Shown: piece after piece, positions 53,230 through 64,000 of the stretch | Position numbering within the stretch: the first letter of the stretch is position 1 | Layout: each line of letters opens with the position of its first letter | Source of the DNA: Takakia lepidozioides | Lineage: Eukaryota; Plantae; Bryophyta | Direction of reading: 5' to 3' | Assembly (NCBI GenBank): GCA_030704615.1 | Contig: CM060731.1 | Location: 4,402,001-4,466,000, forward strand | DNA: 64,000 nucleotides | Position numbers and translations under genes: made by a program | Notes under the pieces: model-generated | Told to the model about the DNA's origin: nothing | What the model saw: only the letters and a program-made list of their open reading frames with translations | Database searches by the model: none

Positions 53230-54001
53230 TGTCACGGACATAGCCCAGAGGAACTTACCATGAGTAAATATCAGAAGTTACCAAGTTACCATGTTACCGA
53301 AAGTTACCACGACCTACCATAATTTACCATAATCTACCATGATTTATCATTACTTACCATGTTACCGAAAGTTTACCAAATTACCAAGAGTAACTTGGAA
53401 AACTGCTCAGGAAGCTTCCTTTGGAGGAAACTTCTCCATCAAGATACCTCCTTTGTTTAATGAAGCTTCTCCATCAATAAACCTTTGTTTACTCTTGGAA
53501 ACTTCTCCATCAAGAAACCTCATTTGTTTAATGAAGCTTCTCCATCAAGAAACCTTTGTTTACTCTTGGAAACTTCTCCATCAAGAAACCTCATTTGTTT
53601 AATGAAGCTTCTCCATCAAGAAACCTTTGTTTACTCTTGGAAACTTCTCCATCAAGAAACCTCCATAGGGGAAGGTTCTAATGAGACTTCTTAGTAGCCA
53701 GTATATATAGGAGGCGAGACTGGACACTCTTCAGTCTCGCCAACACCAGTTCAAGCTACTCTTGTTTCCAGTTCCCAGTACTCTAACCAGTTTCCAGTAT
53801 CTGGTACTCCAGTCCAGTTTCCAGCATTCCAGTATTCAAGTCGTGTTCCAATATCTTGTACTCTTGTTCATTGTTATAATGATCGTCTTGATTCTTATTT
53901 ACTCATCGTGCATACGGCCACGCCGACCTTGACTTCTTGTCGAATCTTGTACATCTAGTCTGATCTCTTATTTATGTTCAGTCATGTTCTTGTCCTTGAC
54001 A
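53230..54001 (+). repeat. Complete 3' LTR of Ty3/gypsy copy A (772 bp), preceded by a polypurine tract
   Basis: TGTCA...TGACA termini; PPT AGAGGAGGGGGTGA immediately upstream; 7 copies of a ~35-bp CTTCTCCATCAA unit in U3. Confidence 0.92.
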
Positions 54002-56000
54002 ATAAGCTCCTCTCAAGTCAATTTTGGTGAAAATCTTCGTTCGTCCCAGTTGATCGAGAAGCCCAGAAATTAGCGGCAATGGATAACGATTCTTAATTGT
54101 GACTTTGTTGAGACCGCGATAGTCCACACACATGCGTAATGATCCGTCATTTTTTTTCACAAACAAGACAGGCGCCCCCGCATGTGATTTTGAATGTCGG
54201 ATGAAGTTCTTCGACAAATTTTCATTAATGTACTCACATAATGCAGCTAACTCTGTCTGGGATAAGTTATAGATTGGACCGAATGGTGGTTGGGCTCCTT
54301 CTTGTAACTCAATTGCACAGTCATAAGGTCGATGTTCTGGCAATATGTCTGCATTTTTCTTCTCGAAGACATCCTTGAAATCTTGATATTGAGTGGGTAA
54401 TGTCAAAGTATCTTTGTCTGTTGTGGTCTTGATCGGAGTCGCATAAAGTGCAAATGCCGCATCCTTTTTGGTAGCTCTCATGAAAGCTCTAGCTCCAAGG
54501 AACAGGGGTTGAATACCTTTGATATTTCTACATTTTTGTCTTGCAAAAAAATTTCGCGATCGCTAGTCGATGTCAGGATTATGAAGTACGAACCAGGGAA
54601 GTCCAAGGATCACATGATTCATTGGAGACTGGATGATGTTGAAAACAATATGTGATGCTTGATCTTCAAGTTTCCCTTCAAGTGGTCGAGTTTCATGGTC
54701 AACATTTCCTGATGTTAACGGTCGTCCATCGATGACTTCAACGGGGGCCGAGAGTTTCTTCTTTACGAGCGTTAAATTGTGTTGTTTCGCAAAGTTTTTG
54801 TCAATAAAACATGCTGAAGCCCCTGAGTCCAAAAGTGCTTCTACAGAGATGTCTCGATTTTGTACTCTGATTTTTACCGGAACTGTGAAGCAAGGTGTAG
54901 GGTCTGGAGGTAGAAAGAGACATTTTTTTGGTGAGGAATTTGTGGTGTCCAGCCGCATGGTCCCTACTGTGACTGGATATCTTCGTTTTCCGACCTCCTC
55001 GTATCGAACACTTGAGTTGCACCCCGAGCTTTGAAACTTCTCTTGTTGGGGCAGTTTAATGCTATGTGATCTTCTTCTCCGCAATAGAGGCATAATCCAT
55101 TCGAGCGCCGTCTTTGTTTTTCTTGTGGCGTCAATGGCTTGAATCGGACAGCATCAATTTGCATAGGATCACTACCGGATGTCTGATGGATCGTTGTGTT
55201 TGGTGCCGTAGTAGCAGCGGCATGATGCGTTATCGACCATCCAGATCGCTTCTCTTGACGTCTTTCGAACGATTATCGCATACAATGACTTGGGTGATGA
55301 ATTCGTTCAGTATGCTCACGTTTGGCATTATAAGCAACAAATCTTTTACATCTTCTTTTAGCCCACATCGAAACTGACTTATGAGGCTCTTCTCATTCCA
55401 GTCGAGGTCGCACGCAAGTTGTCGAAATTCGGCAGCATAAACGGAAGCAGGACGTGCTCCTTGTCGAAGATTTCGCATCTTTGTCTCTGCAACTTTCTCC
55501 CTATCATTTTCTCCAAACGTTGCAGTAAACTCGGACATGAATGCTTCAAAATTGTATAGTAAATGCAAATTTTTTTCTAATAGCAGTGCAAACCAAGATA
55601 CGGCAGTGCCTGATAAAAGGGTGCCCACGAATCCCACTTAAATACCTTCATCGGGGTAGTGTTGTGGATGTAGTCGTAGGAACAGTCGTATTTGTTGAAC
55701 AAAACCGCGAAATCTTGATCTTGTCCCATCAAATTTCTTAGGCATGCTGATTTTTGGTTCTCTCGTAATCTGTTGAAGAGGAACCGTTGCTGTAGGAGCT
55801 GTTGCAGTAGAGACTCGTATGGTTGAAGATCCATTGTTCGATTCCTTTAACTCTGAAATTTGTTGTTGCAAATTGTGGAGAGCGTTGCCAAGATCTTGAG
55901 ACTAATCAGTTTGTAATTGGGCGGTAGAGGTACGACGTTCTTGCATCTGGAGCTGAAGACTCTGCAATGTGGCGACAATTTCCGCAAATGTGTCTTCCAT
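54002..56000 (-). pseudogene. Ty3/gypsy copy B (same family): gag, protease and N-terminal RT, cut at KIDLRGAY by the copy A LTR
   Basis: Fragments [47 protein letters not shown] and KIDLRGAY, colinear with 37498-39490. Confidence 0.95.
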
Positions 56001-56659
56001 CTTAACTAACTAAGGAACAAACTTTAGTCTCGCCAAACTGTCAAGGACGAGAACATGACTGAACACAAACAAGAGATCAGACTAGAGGTACAAGACTAGA
56101 CAAGAAGTCAAGGTCGGCGTGGCCGAATGCATGGTGGGTCAACATTAATCAAGATGATCTTTATAACAATGGACAAGAGTACAAGATACTGGAACTCGAC
56201 TCGAATACTAGAATGTTGGAAACTGGACTAGGTACCAGATACTGGAAACTGGACTAAAGTACTGGACGCTGGACTAGAGTACTGGGACTGGGAACAAGAG
56301 TAGCTTGAACTTGTGTTGGCGAGACTGAAGAGTCACTAGTACAGATTATCGTTTTTATGACTGCAAATATCACTACATTTGCAGTGATAAATGCGATTAT
56401 GACTACATCACTCTGCAGTGACAAACACGAAGTCAATTCTACCATCACTGCGGAGTGATAAGTGCGAAGTGATGGTCGTCACTGCAGACGTGACACCTGC
56501 CAACGACTTAGAGTGACGTGGGGTGTAGTGTTGTAGTCATAACTATACGACTACAAGGCTACGTGTCATGACTACACTTACGACTATGTCACTACAGATG
56601 AGTGCCAACATGGAGAGGTCTCTCCATGACACGCATGACCCCCCCGGATGTATATGACC

Positions 56660-57255
56660 ATAAATGTCCACCAGGGCAGTGTTCAGAATGACAGGTGCAA
56701 TTCCAGATTTGATGATGCCACCATGCATCTCTTTGCCCTTTTCCAGGGCTGCCAAGCTTGCACGAGCATTGCAAACACACAAACGTGATCTGGTTACACT
56801 TCACCCCTTCCCCCATCATTTGCTCATAGGTCTCCAAGGCCTCCATCTCGTGCCCCTGTTGTGCATATCCTTCAAGCATGGCATTCCATGACACCATATC
56901 TTGTTCAGCCATACTGTCGAACACTCCCTTTGCATCCTCGATGCACCCACATTTTGCATACATGTCCACCAGCCTCCAGGGTATTGTTCAGAATGACATT
57001 GGGTACAATCCAGCTCTGACAATGTCACCATGGACCTCTTTGCCCTTTTCCAGGGCTGCCAGGCTTGCACATGCATTGCAAATGCACACAAATGTGATGT
57101 GGTTGGGCTTCACCCCTTCCCCTATTATTTGATCATAGGTCTCCAAAGCCTCCATACCAAGTCCCTGCTGTACTTGCAATCATCGCACTCCACGACACCA
57201 CATCTCGTTCAGCCATACTGTTGAACACTCCCTTTGCACCCTCGATGCACCTTGT
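56660..57255 (-). pseudogene. Captured PLS-class PPR gene fragments (two tandem P-L-S-like units, frameshifted)
   Basis: VDMYAKCGCIEDAKGVFDSMAEQDMVSWNAMLEGYAQQGH..EALETYEQM..EGVK.N.ITFVC..NACASLAALEKGKEVH. Confidence 0.92.
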
Positions 57256-57585
57256 GCTTTAGCAGAAGATTAATACCGAACCCTCACACCAACATTCAAT
57301 CACCTGGTATGGGATTGTTATCAGCTGTGAGGGAGCACCATGGCAATGGCAGGGTTAGTTTCATAACCTCATGATTCAACGTCAGGGTTGGACAGCGACG
57401 TCGAAGTCCTTTTTTCGAATAGCCAAAATTCAATCTTGAAATGAAAGTTTACTTGCAATGGCTTAACCGTGGTTAGACTTCCAAACTTGGTGAGATATCA
57501 ACACTTCAGTTTGGGCATGACGTACATCCACCTTACCCATGATGTAGTGAAAGCAACAGAATTTGGGAGGAGGAAAAGAACCCAC

Positions 57586-58057
57586 CACCATAAGCTTATG
57601 CAATCCAATGGGGGCGGTCACATGATATGGCATACACGCATGCTTTGTAGCTGCTTGGGCTGCCAATGCTGGAATGTCCTGTAATGAATCCCTTTTCGTA
57701 AGGAGGGATGAGTATGAGAGAGATGTACTTGTTAGACTTTCTTTGCCAGAGCCTTGGGTGCAGTACAAAGCAGGAAAGGTGGGGAGAGCGAGGAGAGCAG
57801 AATGGCGAGCCACAATACACAGATACTGCTCCAATACTAGTACCAAATGCTTGAATGACTTCAAAATGAATTTGAATCTAACCTTACAGAATTGCTCTGA
57901 AAAGCTGCTGACTCTAGCAATCACATGGGGGTAACTGACCATAATTCTAAGGGCTTCTGCAACTTCTCGAGTAGAGAAGCGAGAGAATGTACTCATGTGT
58001 CCATTGACCCCATTCCCAGTTTGAGCGGAACACAAAGGGAAAGAAACAGAAGAGAAG

Positions 58058-58095
<38 letters not shown>

Positions 58096-58473
58096 GTCAT
58101 CTGATGTTGTTTGCTGTAGCCTTGTGGCCACTGACCCTGCGCCCAGTTGAGCGGAACACAAAGGTTCTGAGAGAGAGAGAGAGAAGCCAGGTCCAGGGTG
58201 ACATGCCTCTCCTAGATTGACTATCCATCTTGGGTAGGCTCTTTGAGATTTTACTTTTGAAAAAGAGCTTTCAGAGCTCGAGTCTTATAATGAATGTAAA
58301 CCCTGCCGCAAACCTAGCATGCAAAGGGTAACAGTTAAAGAAAGGAAAGAAAAATTGCCCACCTGGGACGAGTGCCGACCGGGGAACAGAAAATAAGGAC
58401 TGATGATGATGCGGGTGGCCCCCTGCTGCACGCATTGATCGAAAGCATCTGCAATTGTTGGCTTTGCTAGCTC
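57586..58473 (-). pseudogene. SIRB: Two captured consecutive exons of sirohydrochlorin ferrochelatase (CbiX/SirB family): 58363-58473 and 57586-57678
   Basis: ELAKPTIADAFDQCVQQGATRIIISPYFLFPGRHSSQ and DIPALAAQAATKHACMPYHVTAPIGLHKLMV, each bounded by AG/GT in phase 0. Confidence 0.85.
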
Positions 58474-58714
58474 CTGCATAGCCACTCTCTTCTAACTTAA
58501 GCAAAATCACTCCTAGATTTTAGATGGAACTACCAGAGAAGCAATCGCAAAAGTGACTATGGCCTTCCTCAGTCATTCTATAGTACAAAACTCAACTACT
58601 TAGAGGTAGGGAACAATACATTACCATGTGGGCGGGTTCGACAATTGGATGACCCGACATTTCCTTGTACATTGCCACAAACTCATCTGCATCCCTGCTT
58701 CATACTCAGTCACT

Positions 58715-59190
58715 GTCTATTTCGCTTTGCCCTTTTCCAGGGCTGCCAGGCTTACGCATGCATTGCAAATGCAATCAAACGTGATGTGGTCGGGCTTCAC
58801 CCCTTCCGCCATCATTTGATCGTAGGTCTCCAAAGCCTCATTCCCGCAGCTTTGCTGTGCATACCTCGTAAACATTGTTCAGCCATACTGTTGCAAACTC
58901 CCTTTATATCCTCGATGCACCCACATTTCGCATACATGTCCACGAGGGTGATATTGCAAACTTAAACGAACGTGACCCAGTCCGGCTTCACCCCTTCCCG
59001 CATTATTTGCTCATACGTCTCCAAAGCCTCTATACCACGCCCCCACTGTGCATATCATTGCCCTTCCTACATCATTTGTTTAAGAATAAGCTCAAGAAAG
59101 TTGCATCGGTGCTCAAGAATAGGTCGCAAAGCCTCAACCCCACGCCCCTGCATTGCATATCCTGCGATCATCCCGTTCCATGACATAAGT
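58715..59190 (-). pseudogene. Further captured PLS-class PPR fragments
   Basis: SWNGMIAGYAMQGRGVEAL, VDMYAKCGCIEDIKGVCNSM and EGVKPDHITFDCICNACVSLAALEKGK, with frameshifts. Confidence 0.88.
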
Positions 59191-60100
59191 TCTCCCTGCT
59201 TTGGCTCGAAAGCAAATGGTAGAGCGGGAGACAAAAAGAGGCTAAGTTCCAGCCCTATGTGTTCACGGCTGAACGTGGCCAACCCTAAAGCAATTTTTTG
59301 AATTTTTGAATTTTTTACACTTTGTGTCATTCCATTGACACAAGTGCTTTGTTAAAGATAGATGGATGAGGTCATCCAATGGATGAACCCATTCATGTAT
59401 ATGCCTTAAGATGCCACGCGTAGTGATGTAGTCATATAAACATAGCTGTGAAACCTACTGTAGTCATGTAGTCATAAACTTCTATGGCATGTCATCAATG
59501 TACAGTAGTGGTGTAGTCATTTAGTCATAAGCTTATATGACACGTGTCTGACGTGTAGTATTGCGTATGACTACTAGTTATATAAACCAAACGTGTGTTC
59601 TTGGTCAACAATGTTTGACCACAACTCCTAGTCATGTAGTAACATGTATGACTTCATTAGATTAAAATATATTAAAATACGCCCAACAATGGGTTTCATC
59701 ACTATGTAGTCACATATATAGTCATGGTTACCAAGGTTTATATTACCCGTAGTCATAAAAACGACAATCTGTACTAGTGAGTGTCCAGTCTCGCCTCCTA
59801 TATATACTGGCTACTAGGATCTTCCCTAAGAGGCTTCCCCAAAGGAGGTTTCTTGATGGAAAAGTTTCCTTAAACAAATGAAGTATCTTGATGGAGAAGT
59901 TTCCTCCAAAGGAAGCTTCCTGAGCAGTTTCCCAAGTTACTCTCGGTAATTTGGTAAACTCCCGATAACTTGGTAACTAGTGGTAACTTATGGTAAATCA
60001 TGATAGATCATGGTAGATCACGATAACTTTCGGTAACATGGTAACTTGATAACTTCTAGTATTTACTCCTGGTAAGTTTCTCTGGGTTATGTCCGTGACA

Positions 60101-62175
60101 GCTTTCACTTAGTGAACCAGCAGCTTCAAATGGCAAGTCTGAAATGGTGTTGACAGTAACGCTTTCAGAACCAGCAGCTTCAAGTGGCATCTCCACCATC
60201 AAGTCATTCACTGGAGTGGTGTTGACAGGGACTCTTTCAGCTTCATTGTAAACTCCTTCAATTGAATGTTGTGACTTCTCCACAGTTTTGTCATAATTAT
60301 GCCCAGAATGTCACTGTTTCCGATGCATTGGGCAATACTGTAGGAGCTGCTTCAAATTCAGGGCCCGTCAAACCTTCTTTGAACAGTACATCTCTGCTAA
60401 TCACAATTCTCTGTTTAATTGGATCCCACAGTCTATAACCCTTGCTTTCAGTGCAATATCCAAGAAAAATGCACTTGGTGCTCTTTGGATCAAGCTTCTC
60501 TCTTAGCTGTCCCTAAACCCTACTCCTGCCACCCAGACTAGGTTGTCATTTGCTACTCTGACGCTCCAGCTTCCAGGTCGAACTACTCGGTAGGACTTAA
60601 ACCAACATCTCTTATCCGTCATGTGCTGGGATGCTCCAGTATCAGCAAACCAAGCCTCATCCTGACTTGTAATATGAACATAATTTGCCTCACTTTCAGT
60701 CTCATCGGTAGTTACAGTTGGTTTTTTTTCAGCATCTGGTTCTCTCAAATCTTGACTCTCAAACACTGGATGCTCTAGAATCTCTGCAATTGTAACAAAA
60801 ACATCTGTCTCGGTCACGTGCACCTCACTCGTGGATACCTCCCTATCAGTCTTCTTAGAAGAACTAGAGCTGCACTCTTTAGCCCAATGCCTATATTTTC
60901 CACACTTGAAGCACTGTATTACCTTCTTTTTCTCTTCAATTGTTTTTTTTTTTCAGATATAAACAACTTCTTGTTCTTCTTCTTATCATCCTTCCCTGCA
61001 TAAAAAGCCTTATCACTTTCTTCCTCATTCTCCTTCAAGATCTTCAAGCTAGCCTCTCTCTTAAGCAATCTAGCATGAAAACCGTTCAGCGTCTGCTCAC
61101 TTGCAGGCACATTGTCCCACGCCAAGAGTAATGGTTCATAACTTTGTGGAAGCTTGCATTTGATCTTAGTCAAGAGCTGTCTCTGATTGATCGTTTCTCC
61201 AAGATCGTTTAGTTTCTTGCCAAGCGAGGAAACCTCACTATAGTAAGAAGACACTGAATCTCCTTCTTGCATTCGATAGTTAAAGAACTTCTCCTGCAAA
61301 TGCATAATACTCTCTTCTGCAGTCTGCTGATGGATCGTGTTCATCATCTCCCACATCTCTGCAGAAGTGGTGCAGTTGATCAATTGATTCATATAAGATC
61401 GATCGATGGAATGAAAAATTGTCACTATTGCCTTCCTGTCACGTCTTTTCCAATCAGCCTTCTCCGCTTCAATAGCAGTATCACTCAACTTCTCTTCACC
61501 AGAAACAATGGTGAATTCATCTCTTGATTCTAATACAAATTTGATGTGGAATTTCCACAAATGGAAGTTCTCACCGACAAACTTGTCAACTGTCTCAAAC
61601 TCTTTGTCTGCGTCCTCTTTAGAACTCATCTTTGCATCAGATGTACAATCTCTTCCAATCTAGATATTGAGTTAGTTATCAACCTATGCTTGAAAAACTG
61701 TCTCAATTCTAAACTAAAATTGGACAACTATAGCTTAACTTCGTGTTAAGCATCTGACAACTACAGCTTAACTTCTTGTTAAGCATCTGACACTTTCTTG
61801 TTCAACAGTTTAAGAATGGCTTTACCAGAATCAGACAAACAAGTTCCTACGATATAGCTTCTGTGTCAACCCGTGGGCCCATAACTTGTTGTAAGTCCCA
61901 CAGCCAAAAGAAGACCAAATACACTAAGATGAAAGAGTGCTTATTTCAGATAGTGTATGCATATGCTATACAGCTTCCAAAGTAGATTTAGCAAAAAACA
62001 ATCAGCAAAAAAGAGTACACCAGAAAAGAACAACGTGGGTAAGTAACGTGGAGGTCCATAGGCAGGAAACTTAAAAGAAAACCTACGTGGCATCTATATG
62101 TCCACAAGTAATGTATCTACATGGCATTAACATGGCCCGTGTTAACATTGAATCTACTACCACAATGTATTAACA
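60101..62175 (-). mobile_element. Truncated Ty1/copia element: 5' LTR ~61887-62175, PBS, gag (60919-61629), zinc knuckle, protease, internal deletion, post-integrase SH3-like segment
   Basis: KFVGENFHLWKFHI...LPQSYEPL (copia gag); CFKCGKYRHWAKEC; WFADTGASQHMT; KLDPKSTKCIFLGYCTESKGYRLWD...ISRDVLF; LTR TGTT...AACA followed by AGTTATGGGCCCA. Confidence 0.9.
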
Positions 62176-62530
62176 AGAGAGCTCAACGGCCCCTTCTTCT
62201 CTCTTGTTGAAAAAACAAAGCTGGTTCCACTGAGACTGTACATCTTCTATCAATGATGCAAAGAAAGTTCAAATGACATATATGACGTTGCTAGAGTGAG
62301 GGATTATGACTACCCTTATGAAGCTTGCGGCTCTCACAATGTAATAATAATCGAAATTATAGGCTTCTCAATGATTTGCTTTCTTGTCTTAGGGTTACTT
62401 AAGCCGCTTTGAGGGGCATAATAAACCCCCTTTCTGAGCAAGGCATTACAAGGCAGAGCCCCCAGCCGGAAAGCAGAGAGACAGATGATAGGGGTTTAAA
62501 CCATTGTTGTGCGAGTAAATAGATTTTTGC

Positions 62531-62760
62531 TTATCCTCCGGGTAAGGGTAAATTATTTATATGTCCCTTTATTTATCCTCCGGGTAAGGGTAAATTATTT
62601 ATATGTCCCTTTATTTATCCTCCGAGTAAGGGTAAATTATTTATATGTCCCTTTATTTATCCTCTGAGTAAGGGTAAATTATTTATATGTCCATTTATTT
62701 ATCCTCCAGGTAAGGGTAAATTATTTATATGTCCATTTATTTATCCTACGGGTAAAGGGT
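62531..62760 (+). repeat. 42-bp tandem repeat, 5 full copies plus a partial one; probably subterminal repeats of a MITE-like element extending to ~63800
   Basis: Unit TTATCCTCCGGGTAAGGGTAAATTATTTATATGTCCCTTTAT at 62531, 62573, 62615, 62657 and 62699. GGGTAA/TTTACCC motifs recur at 63650-63795. Confidence 0.9.
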
Positions 62761-64000
62761 AAAGGCCAATATTTTTGAACGGATAAGGATAAATGATTTA
62801 CCCTTTATATACCCACTGGGTAAATAAAGGATATATAGAAGGATATATAAATTTTTGGTTTGTTATGCTCAACTCAAAAAATATAAGTAATTAAATTAAG
62901 GCAATCAATTTTTGTTCTATTTTTTGGTTTAGTATGAGGCTGATTGTATTATATGTTGTATAATATGAGGGACGATCGTGAGAGTGTTTCTTCACACCAA
63001 AGATAATAATCAAACAAAGCCAAATAAGACCATTTTCCCAAGGGCATAAAGCCATTTTGGTTTGTTGTAGGGAAAAAATTAAACCCTATAATACCATAGG
63101 TAAGAGACACATCCATTGGATGAGGGACGAGCCCCGTCCGATTACTAGAGAGACAGCTATATGGAATAGCGAGAGCCTAGAATTAACTAGAATAACCCGA
63201 GATCGCTGGGAAAGGGCAGGTCGAAGCCCATACCCTTCAATGATGATAAATTATGAATGCTGGAAATCGTATGCATACAGAGCGAAAATGACCCTTGTAT
63301 GTAACCGTCAGCCTACCCCCATGCCCCTCCTTGCGAGAAGCCAAAACAGTCTGGGAGAGAGGCGGAGCAGGGCGGTTGAATTGCTTGTGGAATCTGAGCT
63401 GATGGAGCTCTTTCCCGGCGATGCTTACAATTAATATCTCGATGGAATTCAGTCATGGAATTTGAAGTGCGCTCCTCCCAACATCTTTATAACTACCTGC
63501 ACAAAGTTGCGTTTTCAATTCCAAATGCTAATTTGTTTTTAACAAAAAAAATGCTAATCACACCATTCGGCCCTCCAACTCCCAAGAAAGGCTATAGTTT
63601 GTCATTTACCCTTTTGTTATTTACCCTCCAAAAAACAAATTTTCCCACGGGTAAAGGGTATATGGACCTTCAGACAGGTAAGGGTAAGAGTATCTCAGAT
63701 TATTTACCCGTCTGAAGGGTAAGGGTAAGGGTAAAGAAAATGGGCCAACCCGGGTAAATCATTTACCCTTGCCCTGATTTACCCGCCAGGTAAATCGACT
63801 TGTGGTAGTCTCAAGAATTTTATTGAGAAAAAAAGAATTTTTTAAATAGAAAATAAATATTTTAACTTTATTTCTTTGTGTTTGTGGGATTGAGACTTGG
63901 CATTACCCACATTAGAGGTAATGTCTTGTTGGTTCAATGCGTTCAAACTCCAAGAAGAGGCCGCATTGTGACAAGACATGACCACATTTTGCATTGTATG

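Larger units (their letters stand above)
56334..59779. mobile_element. Non-autonomous CACTA element carrying host gene fragments (Pack-CACTA)
   Basis: TIRs CACTAGTACAGATTATCGTTTTTATGACT / AGTCATAAAAACGACAATCTGTACTAGTG; 3-bp TSD AGT at 56331-56333 and 59780-59782; subterminal ATGACTAC/GTAGTCAT repeats; no transposase. Confidence 0.95.
56039..60100 (-). repeat. 5' LTR of gypsy copy B, split by the CACTA insertion (56039-56333 and 59780-60100)
   Basis: Reverse complement of LTR 53230-54001, with termini TGTCA at 56039 and TGACA at 60096-60100; adjacent primer-binding sequence at 56026-56037. Confidence 0.9.

Noticed and set aside
57586-58473. Functional SirB gene
   Set aside because: Only two internal exons lie inside CACTA TIRs, and GRHW is changed to GRHS.
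63057-63434. 125-aa ORF
   Set aside because: Non-ATG start, no motif, and it lies inside a probable MITE-like element.
62531-63800. Telomeric repeat or interstitial telomere
   Set aside because: GGGTAA motifs sit within a 42-bp unit and in both orientations; there is no TTTAGGG array.

Overview
Eukaryotic plant genomic DNA. Spliceosomal introns, PLS-type PPR fragments, Tcn1-like gypsy and copia elements suggest a non-seed land plant, probably moss-like (inference). There are three probable host genes: a large low-complexity protein of unknown function (2.5-6.5 kb), a 14-exon mitochondrial carrier family gene with degenerate EF-hands (7.6-13.9 kb) and a 4-exon COMT-family O-methyltransferase (31.5-33.3 kb). 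Most of the rest is nested mobile DNA: hAT-type MITEs with 8-bp TSDs, a tRNA-derived SINE, a decayed PIF/Harbinger transposon containing a fold-back element with a hairpin array, two Ty3/gypsy copies with self-priming and -1 frameshift signals, a Pack-CACTA carrying SirB exons and PPR fragments, and a truncated copia. The least explained region is a ~12.7-kb cassette (40.5-53.2 kb) sitting where the gypsy integrase should be. It holds co-oriented long ORFs (a Cys-motif repeat ORF, an RRM/coiled-coil ORF, a SWIM zinc-finger ORF), a ~99% identical 527-bp direct repeat, and a terminal signature shared with the 23.3-25.0 kb fold-back element. All calls were made by eye, without database searches.
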